From: Chrysomallon squamiferum
Taxonomy: Eukaryota > Animalia > Mollusca
Assembly: GCA_012295275.1 (NCBI GenBank)
Contig: CM022665.1
Span: forward strand, 37,882,001 to 37,946,000
Direction: 5' to 3'
Length of the DNA stretch: 64,000 bases
Position 1 is the first letter of the stretch; every line of letters begins with the position of its first letter. Positions 29,860-43,681 of the stretch are shown here, piece by piece. Below the pieces are notes generated by a model. That model did no database searches and was not told the origin of the DNA. It saw nothing but the letters and a program-made list of their open reading frames with translations. The position numbers and the translations under genes are program-made.

Positions 29860-31640
29860 TATATATGAGTGATGTGATAGTTACTTTTTTATTTTTGTTT
29901 GTTTGTTTTTTGTAATGTTGTGGATAATTATGTTAGGGCAGTGTTCAAATATTTGAGTTGTGAAACTGGAGACTGAAACCCTTTTGATTTGGATAAACCT
30001 GGGGAATTAGAAGATGAAAATGCCCTGATTTAACATTAAGACATTCTTGTATCAAGATTTTTAAAAAAAGAAGGAAAAAAGTGCTGTCTTATAAAGAGAC
30101 TGTTCTCAAGTAGTTCAGATATTGTAATGAAGTCATACATTTAAGATACACTAAAGTACATTTTTTTTTTAAAGTTAAACAGCTTTCATCACAGTAAGCT
30201 ATTTGAAACTGAAATGAAGGATTTATTGTTGAAAAAGAATCAAATGTTTTGAAAAGACATAACTAACATCTAAATTATTGTCTGATAACCACATACATGT
30301 TATTTATATGGCTGTCAAACATCAAGCCATTCAGAAAATGTTTATATCCATTTTGATCCTTTGTTTCTCTATAATGCCCATCTTATTTGTTTACTTCGTA
30401 ATTTTTTTGTTTCCAAAATTTTGGTACATTTCCATAATTATTTAATATTTGGTGCTAAAAATAATATTTAGAAAAAAAATATATATATTGTGTTCATTCT
30501 GCAGGTTTTAATTTTTCAGAAAAAAATTCCAATTTGAACATTTATCTTTTCTTTTTCTTTTGAGAAACCGTGTTCAGTATTTTTACATATAAATTTATAT
30601 ACATAATTAAATAATAAATTAATATGTATTTCCTTGGTTCATTTCATCATTTTTGTTGATTTTATTGATATGTCTTTTTTATTTTTTTTTATTATGATAA
30701 TAAATTTTAAAATGTTAATTTTATATTTAGCAATAATTATTTAATGTCTCTTCAGTACAAGAACTAACAGTTTTTAATATAATTGCTAATGACTTTTATA
30801 AAAAACATTTTTTAAAAATGTATCTATTTCTGCATATAAAAGTTATGTATAATCATGTTTAAATAATTCTTTATATAAAAAAAAGAAAATATATACCTTT
30901 AACATACAAATATAGTATTGTTTCTTTAAAAATCTAATTTGTTACATTTGGAAATAGAATTTTGTTTTATATGAACAATAATTTAAAGAAATATGTAAAA
31001 TTATTATAATCTGAATGAATTTAAATTATTATGAATAATATTCTTAACTACCAATAAAATACAAATATTATTTACATTTTCACTTTATGTATTTTTATTT
31101 TTTATTTATTTATTATTATTTTTATTATTACATTTTATTCATTTATTTATTTGTTGTATTATCATTTATTTTGTTTGTTTTTTTTTACTTTAGATTCCTA
31201 ATTAATTTTTTTCTTATAACTTTTTTCTTTTTCTTGCTGCTGTGGCTAATGTTTTAATAAATTTTTGAATTATTCACATAGATGCTAGAATATATTAAAA
31301 GTGTTTTATTACATCAATGAATGTAATTTTATACAGAGGTGCTTTTTTTATTTAATAAACACTGTTTTCATTTTCATTTGTTAAACTTTATGTATGTTAC
31401 AACTAGCAATGAAATTTGTAGAATATTTGTATTTCAGAATGAACAACAATCAGCTGCCATATAATTTATTTATAAGACTTAATGATTTCTAACCTGTACT
31501 TAGATGATATATAATTATTTCTAATTGTTGGTTTTCAATAAATAAATTGATATAAATTGTTTTTTGAGAGAAATAAAATACTGACTATTACTACTACACG
31601 TCTAGAGAAAGCAAATGGATAAAAATAATTACGATAATAA

Positions 31641-31672
<32 letters not shown>

Positions 31673-32071
31673 CAAAATAACAATTTAATTTATTAAAACT
31701 TCTCAGGATATGACTTATATTGCATTTTACTGAAACATTTCTTAAATAAATTTAGAGTAATTCCCCTTACATAGTAATTCATATACTATCTTTGCTATGA
31801 TTATTTTATTTATAAATTTTCTTTGTATATTATTTATGATATTAAATTTTAGGTTGAGGCAGTTATAAAGTAAATATGAAATAAAATATTAATATTTTTT
31901 TACCAGCAAAAAAAGTTTTAATTATTTTTAATTTAATATTTGACAATAATATTTCTCCCTGGAATTTAAATTTTTTTATTTATACATAATTTCTCACTTA
32001 AATATCAGTCCAGTATAATGAAAATACATATTCAAAGATAATCCTGTTTCACATCATCCCAGCAATTGTTG

Positions 32072-32113
<42 letters not shown>

Positions 32114-34488
32114 TTGTGTCAAAATCTAGCATTTAATGTACAAAAATTAATCTGGAAAAATTATTCATTTACAGACTTAATTAACAAGGATTTTGTTAAT
32201 GTGAAATATAATAATTTTAAAATATTCTTTAAAAAAAAAAAAAAGTGATTGCTATTCAAAAAGAATTCTGTCATTAATATTTATTTAAATTTTTAAATAT
32301 TTACAGTGATTATATTATCCAACTTTACAGATACTAAAATGAAAGAAATGTTTTTCTGCAGATACTCTATTTTCCCACAGTTAATAATAATAATAGGACT
32401 TCTGTTGAAACTGATTTCATCATTAGGGACATTTATAACTGAATGTAAAAATCTGAATTATTTAATAAAGTTTTCTCATAGAAATCTACAGTTCTAACAA
32501 TGGTTTAAACTTGTGACCCTAACTTTTCTCATTAAATATTAATACAGTCAGTCAAAAATGCCATGGATTATTAATTTAAAAGTTGATTTAGAATACTTCC
32601 TTCATTGATGCAGTCCATAAAAATTATATAATGTGATAATGGCAGCAGATATAATGATGAATAGCTACAGTCACTGAACAGCAGATCTTGAATATATTAA
32701 CACCTTTGTTTTTCAGTTTTTAGTTTTATTTATCATTACTATAAGAATTAAATTTGATATCTACTTAATTTTAAGGGTATCATTTTTATTTATTTTTTAA
32801 TGTTTTATTTGTTTTAAGGTGATCACTGAGAGGAAATTTGTTTTGTTACCATCTGTTACATTTTGTCTTGTTTTGTGTTTATTATACCAGAATCTATCTA
32901 TCTATCTATCTATCTATATATATATATATATATATATTAATTTTGTGCTAGTTTTTGATAGCTTTTTTTTCTAGCATAATGAGCCTGCCTCTATTGGGGA
33001 AGTCAGTTTTGTTATTTGATAGCACATAGATCATTCTAAAGAATTTGAGACTTATTGTATCAATAAAATATCCAATTATTTTTGGTTTGGTTGTTTTTCA
33101 GTCCTTCTCAGTCTGTCAGTTGAACTATCTTCCATTTCAATGATTTTAATTCTGTGGTAAGATAAATATAACAGACCCAGTTCTCCAAAAATAAAGACAA
33201 ATTAATATATAAATGTAGATATATATATTAGAATTACACAAAAATTCAAGCAATTAAAATACTCTGAATACTGAATACTTAATAATTTATATTTTCCATG
33301 TCTCTATCAGAAGATATTTTGATATTGAAATTATTCAGTTAAAACGAAATGTTACTTAGACTGTTATTTATTGATGTATTGACTTTTTTAAACATTTAAC
33401 TAATCCCAGCATAAATTTGCATTTCCATTATAATAGTACAGATTACAAGGCATTAAAATTTAAGTTCATATTAAAAAGAAGCACATCGAAGTGTAGCCAA
33501 ATCATAATTCTTTAATAAAAAGTCTTAATATTTTCTAAAATATTTCCTGATTTGGAAGGCATCTCATTGCTGTTTATCAAGTTAAACTCATTACAGATTC
33601 AAAATTTTCACAATCACATGCCTCTCTGTATTAAGAAATTTGTCCACGATTCGTATGTGGAACATGAAAGTGTAATAGACGGAACAGTGATTTGGTGACT
33701 AAATCGCGAAAACTAGAGTGAAAAACCGTTTTGTTGTCGGGTCTCATGACAGTATCATAGATTCACCAAACCATTTTTGCGGCGAAAATTTATTACCGTT
33801 TGAAATATGATTGGGTTCTTTATCCTTTCTTTCTTTTTTTATTTTTCATTTCGCTAATTTATTGGTTCCATAGTGGGCATTTTATACTGAAGGTGTATCC
33901 GCTTTGATATCCTTGCAGTAAGATTTCTACTGATTCTGCTTACAATGCGAAACCAGTTTGTATTATGATCAGTTCTCACTCTAATCAGCGAAAAAAGAAA
34001 TACATTTCAGTAACTGTTGTAGTGTCATTTCGTGATTTTTCACAGGCACAAATTAATGCGATTCTTGTCGTCATAAAATGTAACCGCAATCAAATTCGCC
34101 CACGTCTTACCTTCCTTTACAAATGTAAAAGGCCGTATACATTATCACACCTCTTTAAGTTAATGAACCAATGAAATATGTCTAAATCGATAAAAAGGCG
34201 TAAAGAGTTGTTTGTTTCTTCGGAAATAAGAAAGGGCCAAGAGAATCGACTGTTAATTTTTTAAGAAATCTTTCAATGCTTTCTTATCTATGTATATTGC
34301 CTTCCCGTAACCACAATAGTTTTAACTTTATTATAGAAGAGTAGCTTACATAATTATAAAATATAAACCTTGGTGAAATAAATTTTTCTGTTGTGGTGTT
34401 TTTTTTTTGTGGGTTTTTTCATGTAGAAATATTTTCCATCAGTTAACATCTTTCTGGTGAATAAAAATTTGAAATCAATTTAGATTCA

Positions 34489-34525
<37 letters not shown>

Positions 34526-34566
34526 TAATAAAAAAATCTTACGGCAGGACATTTCTGTCAGGCTTT

Positions 34567-34759
34567 TATAATCATCTCGTGGGAAGCAATTAGGAGAAGT
34601 ATAAATTATATTAGCCTCCGCTGTGTTCAAGTGTTTGTTCTTGATCGAACTGTGGACTAACATTGCTCGTCTTGCACTGTGAGGATCTGAGACAGGTCAG
34701 TTTGTACACTCCTTAGTGAAGTGTTTGAAAATAACTTTCTTTCTCTTCAGTTTTTGTTT
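34567..34759 (+). promoter_or_regulatory. TATA promoter, non-coding exon 1 and donor of peptide gene A (193-bp inverted repeat, left arm)
   Basis: TATAAA at 34600-34605 and donor CAG|GTCAGT after 34695. 193/193 identical to the reverse complement of 56497-56689. Confidence 0.75.
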
Positions 34760-34811
34760 CAATTTTCAATCTGTTATTTTAGTTTTAAAAGAACTTTGTC
34801 TTTTCTTTTTA

Positions 34812-34853
<42 letters not shown>

Positions 34854-35103
34854 TATTATTATTTTGTATTTATTCTTTGTCATCCATTTATCTCATACAT
34901 ATATCCACAGAAAGAGACATAAATATACGCGCGCGCGCACACACACGCACGCACGCACACACACACACACTCACATATTAGTACGCTCGAACCAGCTTTC
35001 TACCTATCCACCTATTTTTACGTACTTACCGTACAAATATAACTAGATAAACATAGACGCATGCGTGTATTCATACACAGACACACACACACACACACAC
35101 ACG

Positions 35104-35139
<36 letters not shown>

Positions 35140-35918
35140 AAAAAAATAGTGAACAGATTCTAGGCGAATTAAAATGATTTTTAAAACATTTCCCACTTCA
35201 GTCCTTCCCAACAAAGACGCCTAAAACGCTTTGTTGTATATAATAGAGAATTAAGTGAATAAATCTCGGTATACGCTAAATTATTTCTGTTTTGCAGCAG
35301 TAATAATAGCGATGGGAACATTAGACAGACATGTTTAAAAATTAACATTTTCTTGTTCCTCGGAATCGCGTAATATGTTTGAAAAAGTAATACATATCAG
35401 TGTAACAACAGGCACAGTTTAAAAAATGATGAAGTCAAGAAATATTTTGTCTATCTGTTGAAGTACATGTACTATAAATTAACCTTGACTCCTTATGACG
35501 AGTGGTGATATTCTGATATAAACAGCCCAACTAACTGAATTCAAAGATCACATCCATGACAGCCGTGCATGAACCTTGTTCGTATTGATAACATAAAAGA
35601 TACATTTTTCTGTTAAAGTTTAAATTATTTTCCCATTCCAGAACAGTGCTGAAGTCATTAAAAATTGTATTACATGTGTCAAAAATACCGTCTTATTTTA
35701 CAATTTTAATTTTTAAGCAACATGAAGCAATTTAAAAAAAAATAATTATCCTCCAATTACTGATATTTAAACTAATTAATACAAAAAGATTAGACTGAAA
35801 AATTTAGCAGCATAATTAACAACAACATACATTTTTATATTTAACAAACTGGTTTCTTTAAAATAGTAATAAAATGGCAAAACTGATTTTCTTTCTTTCT
35901 TTCTTTTTTTTTCTTTTT

Positions 35919-35955
<37 letters not shown>

Positions 35956-36123
35956 AACGTCATTTCTTCACTATTTCACATTCCTTGGGGAGGAAAGCTC
36001 GATAGTGTTCATAACATTTAAGTGCAGATATTTGTATGAATATGATATTTTTATTGCTATTTATTTATTCATAGCAACAGCGACAGTAGTGATAGTAATA
36101 CAATCCTTCACGTATACTAAATA

Positions 36124-36159
<36 letters not shown>

Positions 36160-36642
36160 GTGGGTTTTTTTCCATCTGATTTTCATCATTTTTTTGTATA
36201 TTTTTTCCTATGGTTTCTAAACGACGATGATTTTTTTCCTTCAAACCCCTTGGCGACCATCATGAATTTTTATACCGCGTCTTTCGTTGGGTTTTTTTAA
36301 TAATGTTTTTTTTTTTTTTTTTTTTTTGTGAGTAAACTTGTTCAAAACAAGATTACAGCGACACAGAGATAACTGTGTTGTTTTCAGCTGTTTTTACGCA
36401 GTCCATTAACTGCGAAAAACCACACAGAGGAAATGTAATCTGGCAGACTATATTTTACTGGTTACATCTGTTTTCTCTACTGGCAGCACTAATCAAATTG
36501 AAGATCCTTAGTGGAGATTTCAGAATCTGTCCAAGGGTTTTCAAACTTCACTGCATTGTGCACTAATCTGTTTAGCTATTAAAACCACAGGCTGTTGTTT
36601 TGCTGCAGATTTTTTATTTTTGTTTTTATTTATTTATTTATT

Positions 36643-36685
<43 letters not shown>

Positions 36686-36807
36686 GAATTGAAATAGAAA
36701 AAGAAATATATGTTTTAAAATCGAAGTTTTTCATACAGTAATTATGGAAGTATATAAAATAAATTTATCAACAGAAATAGCTGCAAGTGTAAATCGATTA
36801 TTTTACC

Positions 36808-36841
<34 letters not shown>

Positions 36842-38833
36842 AACAAATGAAATGAAAAAAAAAAAAAAAAAAAAAGAACAAAGAAAAAGAAAAAAAAGCA
36901 CGATAAAATCCCGAAACAAAACAATTGCAAAAACATGTAACATATATCACAAATCTAATCTAACAGTTATAAAAGCATTTGCTAGAAAATAGTATTATTA
37001 TTCTAAGATTCAACATGGCGGTAAACAATGAAATATATAACATAAGTGAATTTTTCTTTATTATGTTGTCTCTGCGTCGTTAACTTTCTCTGTCTTAAAT
37101 AATAAATAAAACAGCAAACACTAAATTATTGTTTGCAAATAGTTCATTTCCGAGTTTCTCCACCGTGCAAGTTTTTATGAACAAATAACATTTTCAGTAC
37201 GTAGACAGAACTAATATCTTATTACTTTTATTTGCCTCTCTCTCGCGATTCTGTTTTGAAAAAATCAACACCACTGCATGACAATTTCTTTCTTCTGTGA
37301 TGTAACATACGAACAAAAAATAGAAATACCTGTTCTCTTTTTCTCTTTGTTGTCTACGACGATAAGGTTAAACAAATATATCTAATTACTCGTTTAAACA
37401 TAAAAAAAATTTTTTTTTTTTAAATTAAAAAAATTAAAAATGTCAGTATTCATTATGAATGTAGATTTCCCTTTTCAGCAACTGCATTCCTGATATAAAT
37501 TCTATGGTATTCATTTCTACCGTGATGTATTGTATTCTTAAAAGTTAAGAATTTTAAAGAGAATTCTTATAGACCAAAATCATTGTTATTTAATTGTTTT
37601 TCTTCTAAAAACAGAATTTTAAAATTGAAATGTCAAACTGACCTGAACAGCTGAAATGTTTGGAATGTTAAAGACATTTACCTATTCTAAACATAAATGT
37701 CTATATCGTGTACTGTCGTAATACCAAAGATACTAAATAAAATATAAAAGTATTTTGAATTACTTTAATTAAAAAAAAAAAAAAATTAAAAAGGGAAGAG
37801 AGAATATTAGATAATATTTTGGGTAAGCGTGTGTATATGTATGATAAAACTTCAGCTTATTGACATTAAAGCCGTATCTAACATTTTTTTTCCACTTCAC
37901 TTTGAAACATTTGTTTTGTTACGTTATTTAAACTTACTACAATAGTGGTGCAGAACAACATGACTTTCCCGCCAGTTAATGAAACAATTTCAAATATGTA
38001 TATATGTATCTGTTTACCAAGTACATCATGACTCTTCTCACAATTGAATGTTTGGGGAAACCTACATGCCTACACGGAAGAGCTATGTAATCTTTTTCTT
38101 CTTTTAATACAAAGTTATCTCTAAGAGCAGACTAATCCATTTTTAATACATTCTGAAGACGAGTGTGAATAAAGAAATAACGATTTTCCAAATCTTGATT
38201 AAAACAAACGGTCATCTGGTATACTGTCAAGGATATCAAAATTTCTAACCACGCCAGTTTTGCTTTGAGGTTTTTTCTTTTTCTTCTTTTTTCTCACCCA
38301 CCCTATTGAAGTTGACAATGCGACGACTTCTAGCAATAAAGTATTTGTTTATTATGTTGTATTTTGATTAACGTTTTTAAAATAATCAATGTAATTTGTT
38401 ATTCCTATTGACCTACGCATCCAATGAAAAGATCTTTTTTGTTGAAAACTTCCTTGATGTTCTATTTGAGCTCACTGTATAGTTTGTAAAGGCCCATAGG
38501 AATAGGTCAGTCGGTTGGTTGATGGTTAAAATAAATATAAAAATGCATCGTCTGCAACATATGCAGTCTAGTTAAAGAAGTTTATGGTGCAATAAAAAGT
38601 AGACTATGAGTATTTTTGCTTATGCTTAATTTATGACGTGTGCAATTTCTTAAGAATTAGAACAGGTACAAAAAAGTATGTACAGATAAGTAGTATTTTG
38701 TGACTTGTGAAATAATATTAACAGATGTGTATATTATACATATTTCATTTATTTGTTACTAATGTTTTTGTTACAGAATACAACACATCAGTGGTGATAA
38801 CTGGAGAATTTAACAAAAATAAAAAATTTAAAG

Positions 38834-40455
38834 ATGAATAGATCACCAACAGTGAGTATCAAATACTTATTATTTTAAGTTTCGGAAATTATTTCTAGCC
38901 ATGTTCTTTTTCATAATAGTGAAATAAACAATTGAGGGGGGGGGGCGAATAATAAAAATGTAAAGTTACAAATTTTCGTTTAAAAACAGTAAAATACATT
39001 AACAGTCTGCTATGAGCAACTATTTCATGTCACACTTTTATATCGGACTTCTAATAACTAATTATAAATGAATATATGTGTATTTTCACGATAACCAGAT
39101 TAGCTGCATGTGTATGCTACATCTACCAGTGGGTAGTTAATAGTTTACTACATTTTTTGTTTTTGTTTTTTTTTTTTTAATTAAATATTCATTTCTTTCA
39201 TTTCCTACAATTTACGGTTCGATGTTTCACGTAGGCATTAATCTGTATTTCAAGAATAAAGAACATAACAATTTCTAAATTATTAATTAACTCAAAACAA
39301 GAAGAAGATGATAGAAGAAGAGAGAAAAAAAAAAAAAAAAAATAAGTAAATGATAATTAAAAGAAGAAAACAAAAACAACAAAAATTATTATACGAAACC
39401 AAATAACTATATTGATTTTAAACAGTTCAGCTATATTATTACTTTAATTTAAAAATTGGTTAAATCGATTTTCATTCTATATCTCTTTAAATGAAATTGT
39501 GTTTATTTATTACCGTCCTAGCCATTTTACTTATTTCGCCAGTACTGCAATACCAACTCGAGTGAGCATTGTCAGATAATATCTCTATATAATAAAAACA
39601 ATTTATAACAGAAAATATTATTTTGTATTTCAGATTATACATTCTATCTTTCTGATGATCTTGGCATTACAAATGAGTATTACATTAGTGAACTCCCAAG
39701 CTGGTCCATGTGATCCAAACATTGCTGAAATGTCTTGTCTGTTAGGTTGTTTGTACTGTTTCGAAACTTTTGGCGCAGAAGTGTATGACACGGCCGCTTG
39801 TTGCACAGACTGCGTAATAACGCAAAGGGAGATAATCGATTTAGGACCAAGCAAATGTTCGGAAAAGTATTTACGTCAAAGCTGGTTGAGGCGTCGTGGG
39901 TGAGTACGTAATTAATAAACTGCAGATGTTAAAGGTTTTAAAAACGACTTTAAATTTGATGTGCCGTGTTCGATTTTAAATTTGAATGCGCTACAAAAAT
40001 TTATAATTCTATTCAGATAGAATATGAAGTCCTATGATAATTTTTTTTTTAATTGATTTATTTGTTTGTTTGTTTATTATTATTATTATTATTCGTTTGT
40101 TAATTAAACAGTGATTTAATTATTAAAATTTATTATGAAGAGAGGGAGAGAGAGAATGTGTTTAATTTATTATGAAAAACGTATGTACATATTGCTTCAG
40201 AATTTGGACACTTCTATTTATTTATTTTAAAGCATAAAATTTGGTTTACAATACAGTACAGACGAATTAATGAATGTTGAATGATAGACTGACACAAAGT
40301 GAAAGCGAAAAGAAAAAAATAATTATATATAAAAAAATAAAATTAAAAAATAAAATAAAATGAAACATTTATTCTCTGTAATTTACCTGAACGACTTATA
40401 TTACTGAGCAGAAATAACTTTCGTTTCTTTTTTTTTCTCCAGGTTTCTAACTTAA
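38834..40455 (+). CDS. Secreted 8-Cys peptide A, eclosion-hormone-like (98 aa)
   Basis: Exons 38834-38851 (MNRSPT|gtgagt), 39634-39899 (ends GG|gtgagt) and 40443-40455 (GFLT*). Hydrophobic signal peptide ending VNS|Q. Cys spacing C-x8-C-x3-C-x2-C-x13-CC-x2-C-x14-C. AATAAA near 40800 and 40835. Same exon lengths as the paralog. The EH-like label is inferred from Cys spacing only. Confidence 0.8.
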
Positions 40456-41661
40456 TGAGAACTCAGAATGTCTAATGACCAATATATCATAGAGGTGGAT
40501 TAGGATAAAAACTCTCAACTGATCTCTTGTGAAAATTATTGCATTGCCTCATTTGTTATTCAAGTGTTAATTATATAAATCAGATATTTTCATTTATCTC
40601 TTCTTTTCCTTCTTGGCCCTTACCTTTTGCATCATAGGCCCAACGTTTTATGATGAACTTCGTAAGTTCAACTTGATGTTTTTACTTTGGTTGTGTTAGT
40701 GGTTGAATTTAGATTTTTGTTTTTCTGATGTTCTCAAAAAATGCCAATGTTATAGGTTCACTATGTTTTGCATCAGTTTGCTGTTACTGTTTTAATTTAA
40801 TAAACTATATGATTCATTCCACATTGTGAAGAAATAAATCATTATTAAGTGATGTATATGTGCTGTGTTTGGGAACGTTTTCTTTATAAATTATTAATAT
40901 GCACCTAGTCAGTTATTACAAAATCACAGTGTAAATATTAAGTAACTAACACTGCTGAAGTAGTTTCTAGATTGGTCTTGTTAAGTAAGTCTGAAGAAAT
41001 CCAAAATAGAACATCTCAAAGGAGACAATTTCACTCTTTGGCAGTCGTGGGCACATCCAAGGAGGGATAAAGATAATTAATTTGCAGCTTCTCCTATCAT
41101 TTACTGATTGTGCATTGTAAATTGAAATTTTAATTTTGTTTTGGCTCAATGGCTGAAAACATTTGAGAACCACTATTCTAAAAGCTTTGGACTTTAACAA
41201 AAAAAAAAAAAAAATTAAAATAATAATAATATATATTTAGTATAATATAACAGTTATTAGATAGAAAAATAATAACCTTAAAACCAACAAATTTTCTCGC
41301 TTTTATTAGTAACAATTTAAGCTGAACAATAAAATTCAAATTCTAACATGTATCTAAAGTACACTGTATAAAACAACCAGTCTGCTACTTACATGCTATT
41401 GCTAATATACATATCTATATATATGTATGTATGTAATTACTATCTTTGAAACAAGATCAACCCATTTATTCTGTTTAAACATCCTAAAATCCACCAACAT
41501 ACTCCTCAGTTACAGCAACAACAAAAAAAATATGTTGGCAAATGTGGATGTTCAAAAACAAAAAAGTAACACTAGAATAATAATGACGACGACAATAATA
41601 AAACTATTATTCCATGTTTAAAGCTGATGAAATTATTTATGATTTTTATATAAATCAAATA

Positions 41662-41929
41662 CAGGTTGAGAATCTCTTATCTGAAATGCTTGTGATCAGA
41701 AGTGTTTTGGATTTTGGAATAGGATCTAGTCTAAATATGATTTCCATTTATATTACATATATTGCTTATACAAATAGTCTGCAGGATTTTTTTAAATAAT
41801 ATTTTTGTTAATTGTGGAATAAAATAAAGTTTGTATATGCAAAACAATCAGAAAACTAAGATATCAGTATATCTACTGAACACAAAAAGTTCTGGATTCT
41901 GGAATTTCAGATAAGGGATTCTCAGTCTG
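41662..41929. mobile_element. TcMar-Tigger (pogo-like) MITE, Tigger4/Zombi-like, 268 bp
   Basis: TIRs CAGGTTGAGAATCTCTTATCTGAAAT and (reverse complement) CAGACTGAGAATCCCTTATCTGAAAT match at 23/26. TA flanks both ends (41660-41661, 41930-41931). No coding capacity. Confidence 0.85.
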
Positions 41930-43681
41930 TATTAACAATTGAATATCTGTAATAAATAAAATAAAAAAAAAAAAAAAAAAAAAAAAAAAATAACAAAATA
42001 ATAATAAATTAAAAAAAATAAAAGTTTAAAAAATTAAAAAACAGTTAACAAAATAGGGAATGTAAATTTTCTACATAATTATTTCAACCTTATTGAAAAC
42101 ATTTGTAAATTTGAATATGAGAAAATATGCATGACCTTGTATAAAAGCAATTCTTTGTTCAATATTTTTGATTTCAATAACAAAACTTATAAAAGATAAA
42201 TTTAATGCTTTTTAAATTTTTTTTTTTACTTTGTTCAAATTCCAGATTATTAGTTCCAAACTACAACATGACTTCAATTAACCAATCACCTGTTGTTAAA
42301 GACCATTTCTTGATGCTCCTGTTTATCAGTTTATCCAGATTTGTATTTAAGTATAATATTAAACCATGTCGATTTAATCATGAATTAATGTTAAAACTAA
42401 TTCTTTATTATTAATGAAATAAAATTAATGCCACATAACCAATATATTTCCAACAGCTGTGTGTGAGATTTTGGAATATTTGGAATCTCATGGTAGGCAT
42501 GTGTTTTGTTTTTTCACTGATTTTGTTCTTAATTATATTTCAACTGATAATTAATTTCATATATAATAAATAAAAAAATAAAAAAATAATAGTTGTTAAT
42601 GTGTAGACGTAAAGCGAACAATACCAAGCTAATACACTGCAACTGTTAACTTGTATTCACAACTGATCTCAATTAAGTAGTCACTCGAAAGATAAGCCCC
42701 AAATATCCCTACCTTGTGTATGCCCAATTGCTGTCGATATGCGTAATAATGATGGTGAAATATACAGTAACAAACAAAGTCCATATATTTATGTAGGACT
42801 ATTTATACAAAATGAAAATGAGATATGTAAAAGCAATAGAAAACACTGTATAACTAATTATAAAAATGTGTTTTGTTCCAATTTGGGTTTTGGTTTTTTT
42901 ATAATCATTATTTTTGTTGCAGTATTATAACATGTTTCAACATTACAAGCTGCATATAAATGAAAGCCACAATAAGCATTATTACCATCACCAAAGCCAT
43001 CAACCAGGAGACAATTCAGTTATCAAAAACTGATTCCTGATGATATGTATTTCCATTAGATGGATATCTTAGTAACAGAGATCATCCATAAGCCTCCTTT
43101 CTTGCTGACGGTTGTAACAATGTCCCACATGTGGTATAAAGGGTTGTGTTATATTCTGTGGTTTTTCTTAGTATGCTTAGACATCATAATGAAAGACACC
43201 TAACTACTTTTCAATGAGTAAACTGCAAAATTACTGTTAAGGAAAAGGTACTCTTGTTGTTAAGCCTAATTTTGTTTAAGCTGCAACTGATCAAATGATA
43301 ATATTCAGCTATTTGTCAAAAATAGAAGAAATCATATTCCAAAGATTTTTCATTTGCTTTGAAATATTAATAAAACAAACCTGCAAAAATGTATGATGAA
43401 AACTGCATGAGTTGTTAACACAAGAAGTTGATAAACCATTGTGTCAAAATTAATAAAGTAGAATATTCAGAAAAAAACTTTTATATTTCAAGTGAAATAT
43501 CTAAAGCTCATGCCAATTACAAGATAAAAAAAAAAAAAAGTTCAAAATGAAGGCACTAACGGTGGACAAAAAAAATAAAAAAATAAATAAAAAAATAAAT
43601 AAATAAAATAACTATAAATATAAATAAAATAAAAATTTTTAAAATCTGTGTGGTAAATTAATGCAGGAAGAACTAGGTAAA

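Noticed and set aside
34475-34663. ORFs starting MLVHSSIKNKH here and at 56593-56844
   Set aside because: They are antisense readings of the 193-bp repeat and diverge right outside it; TATA and donor polarity point the other way.
39901-39903. TGA stop given by the ORF track for peptide A
   Set aside because: It overlaps a consensus GTGAGT donor, and the paralog's structure supports a further GFxx* exon.
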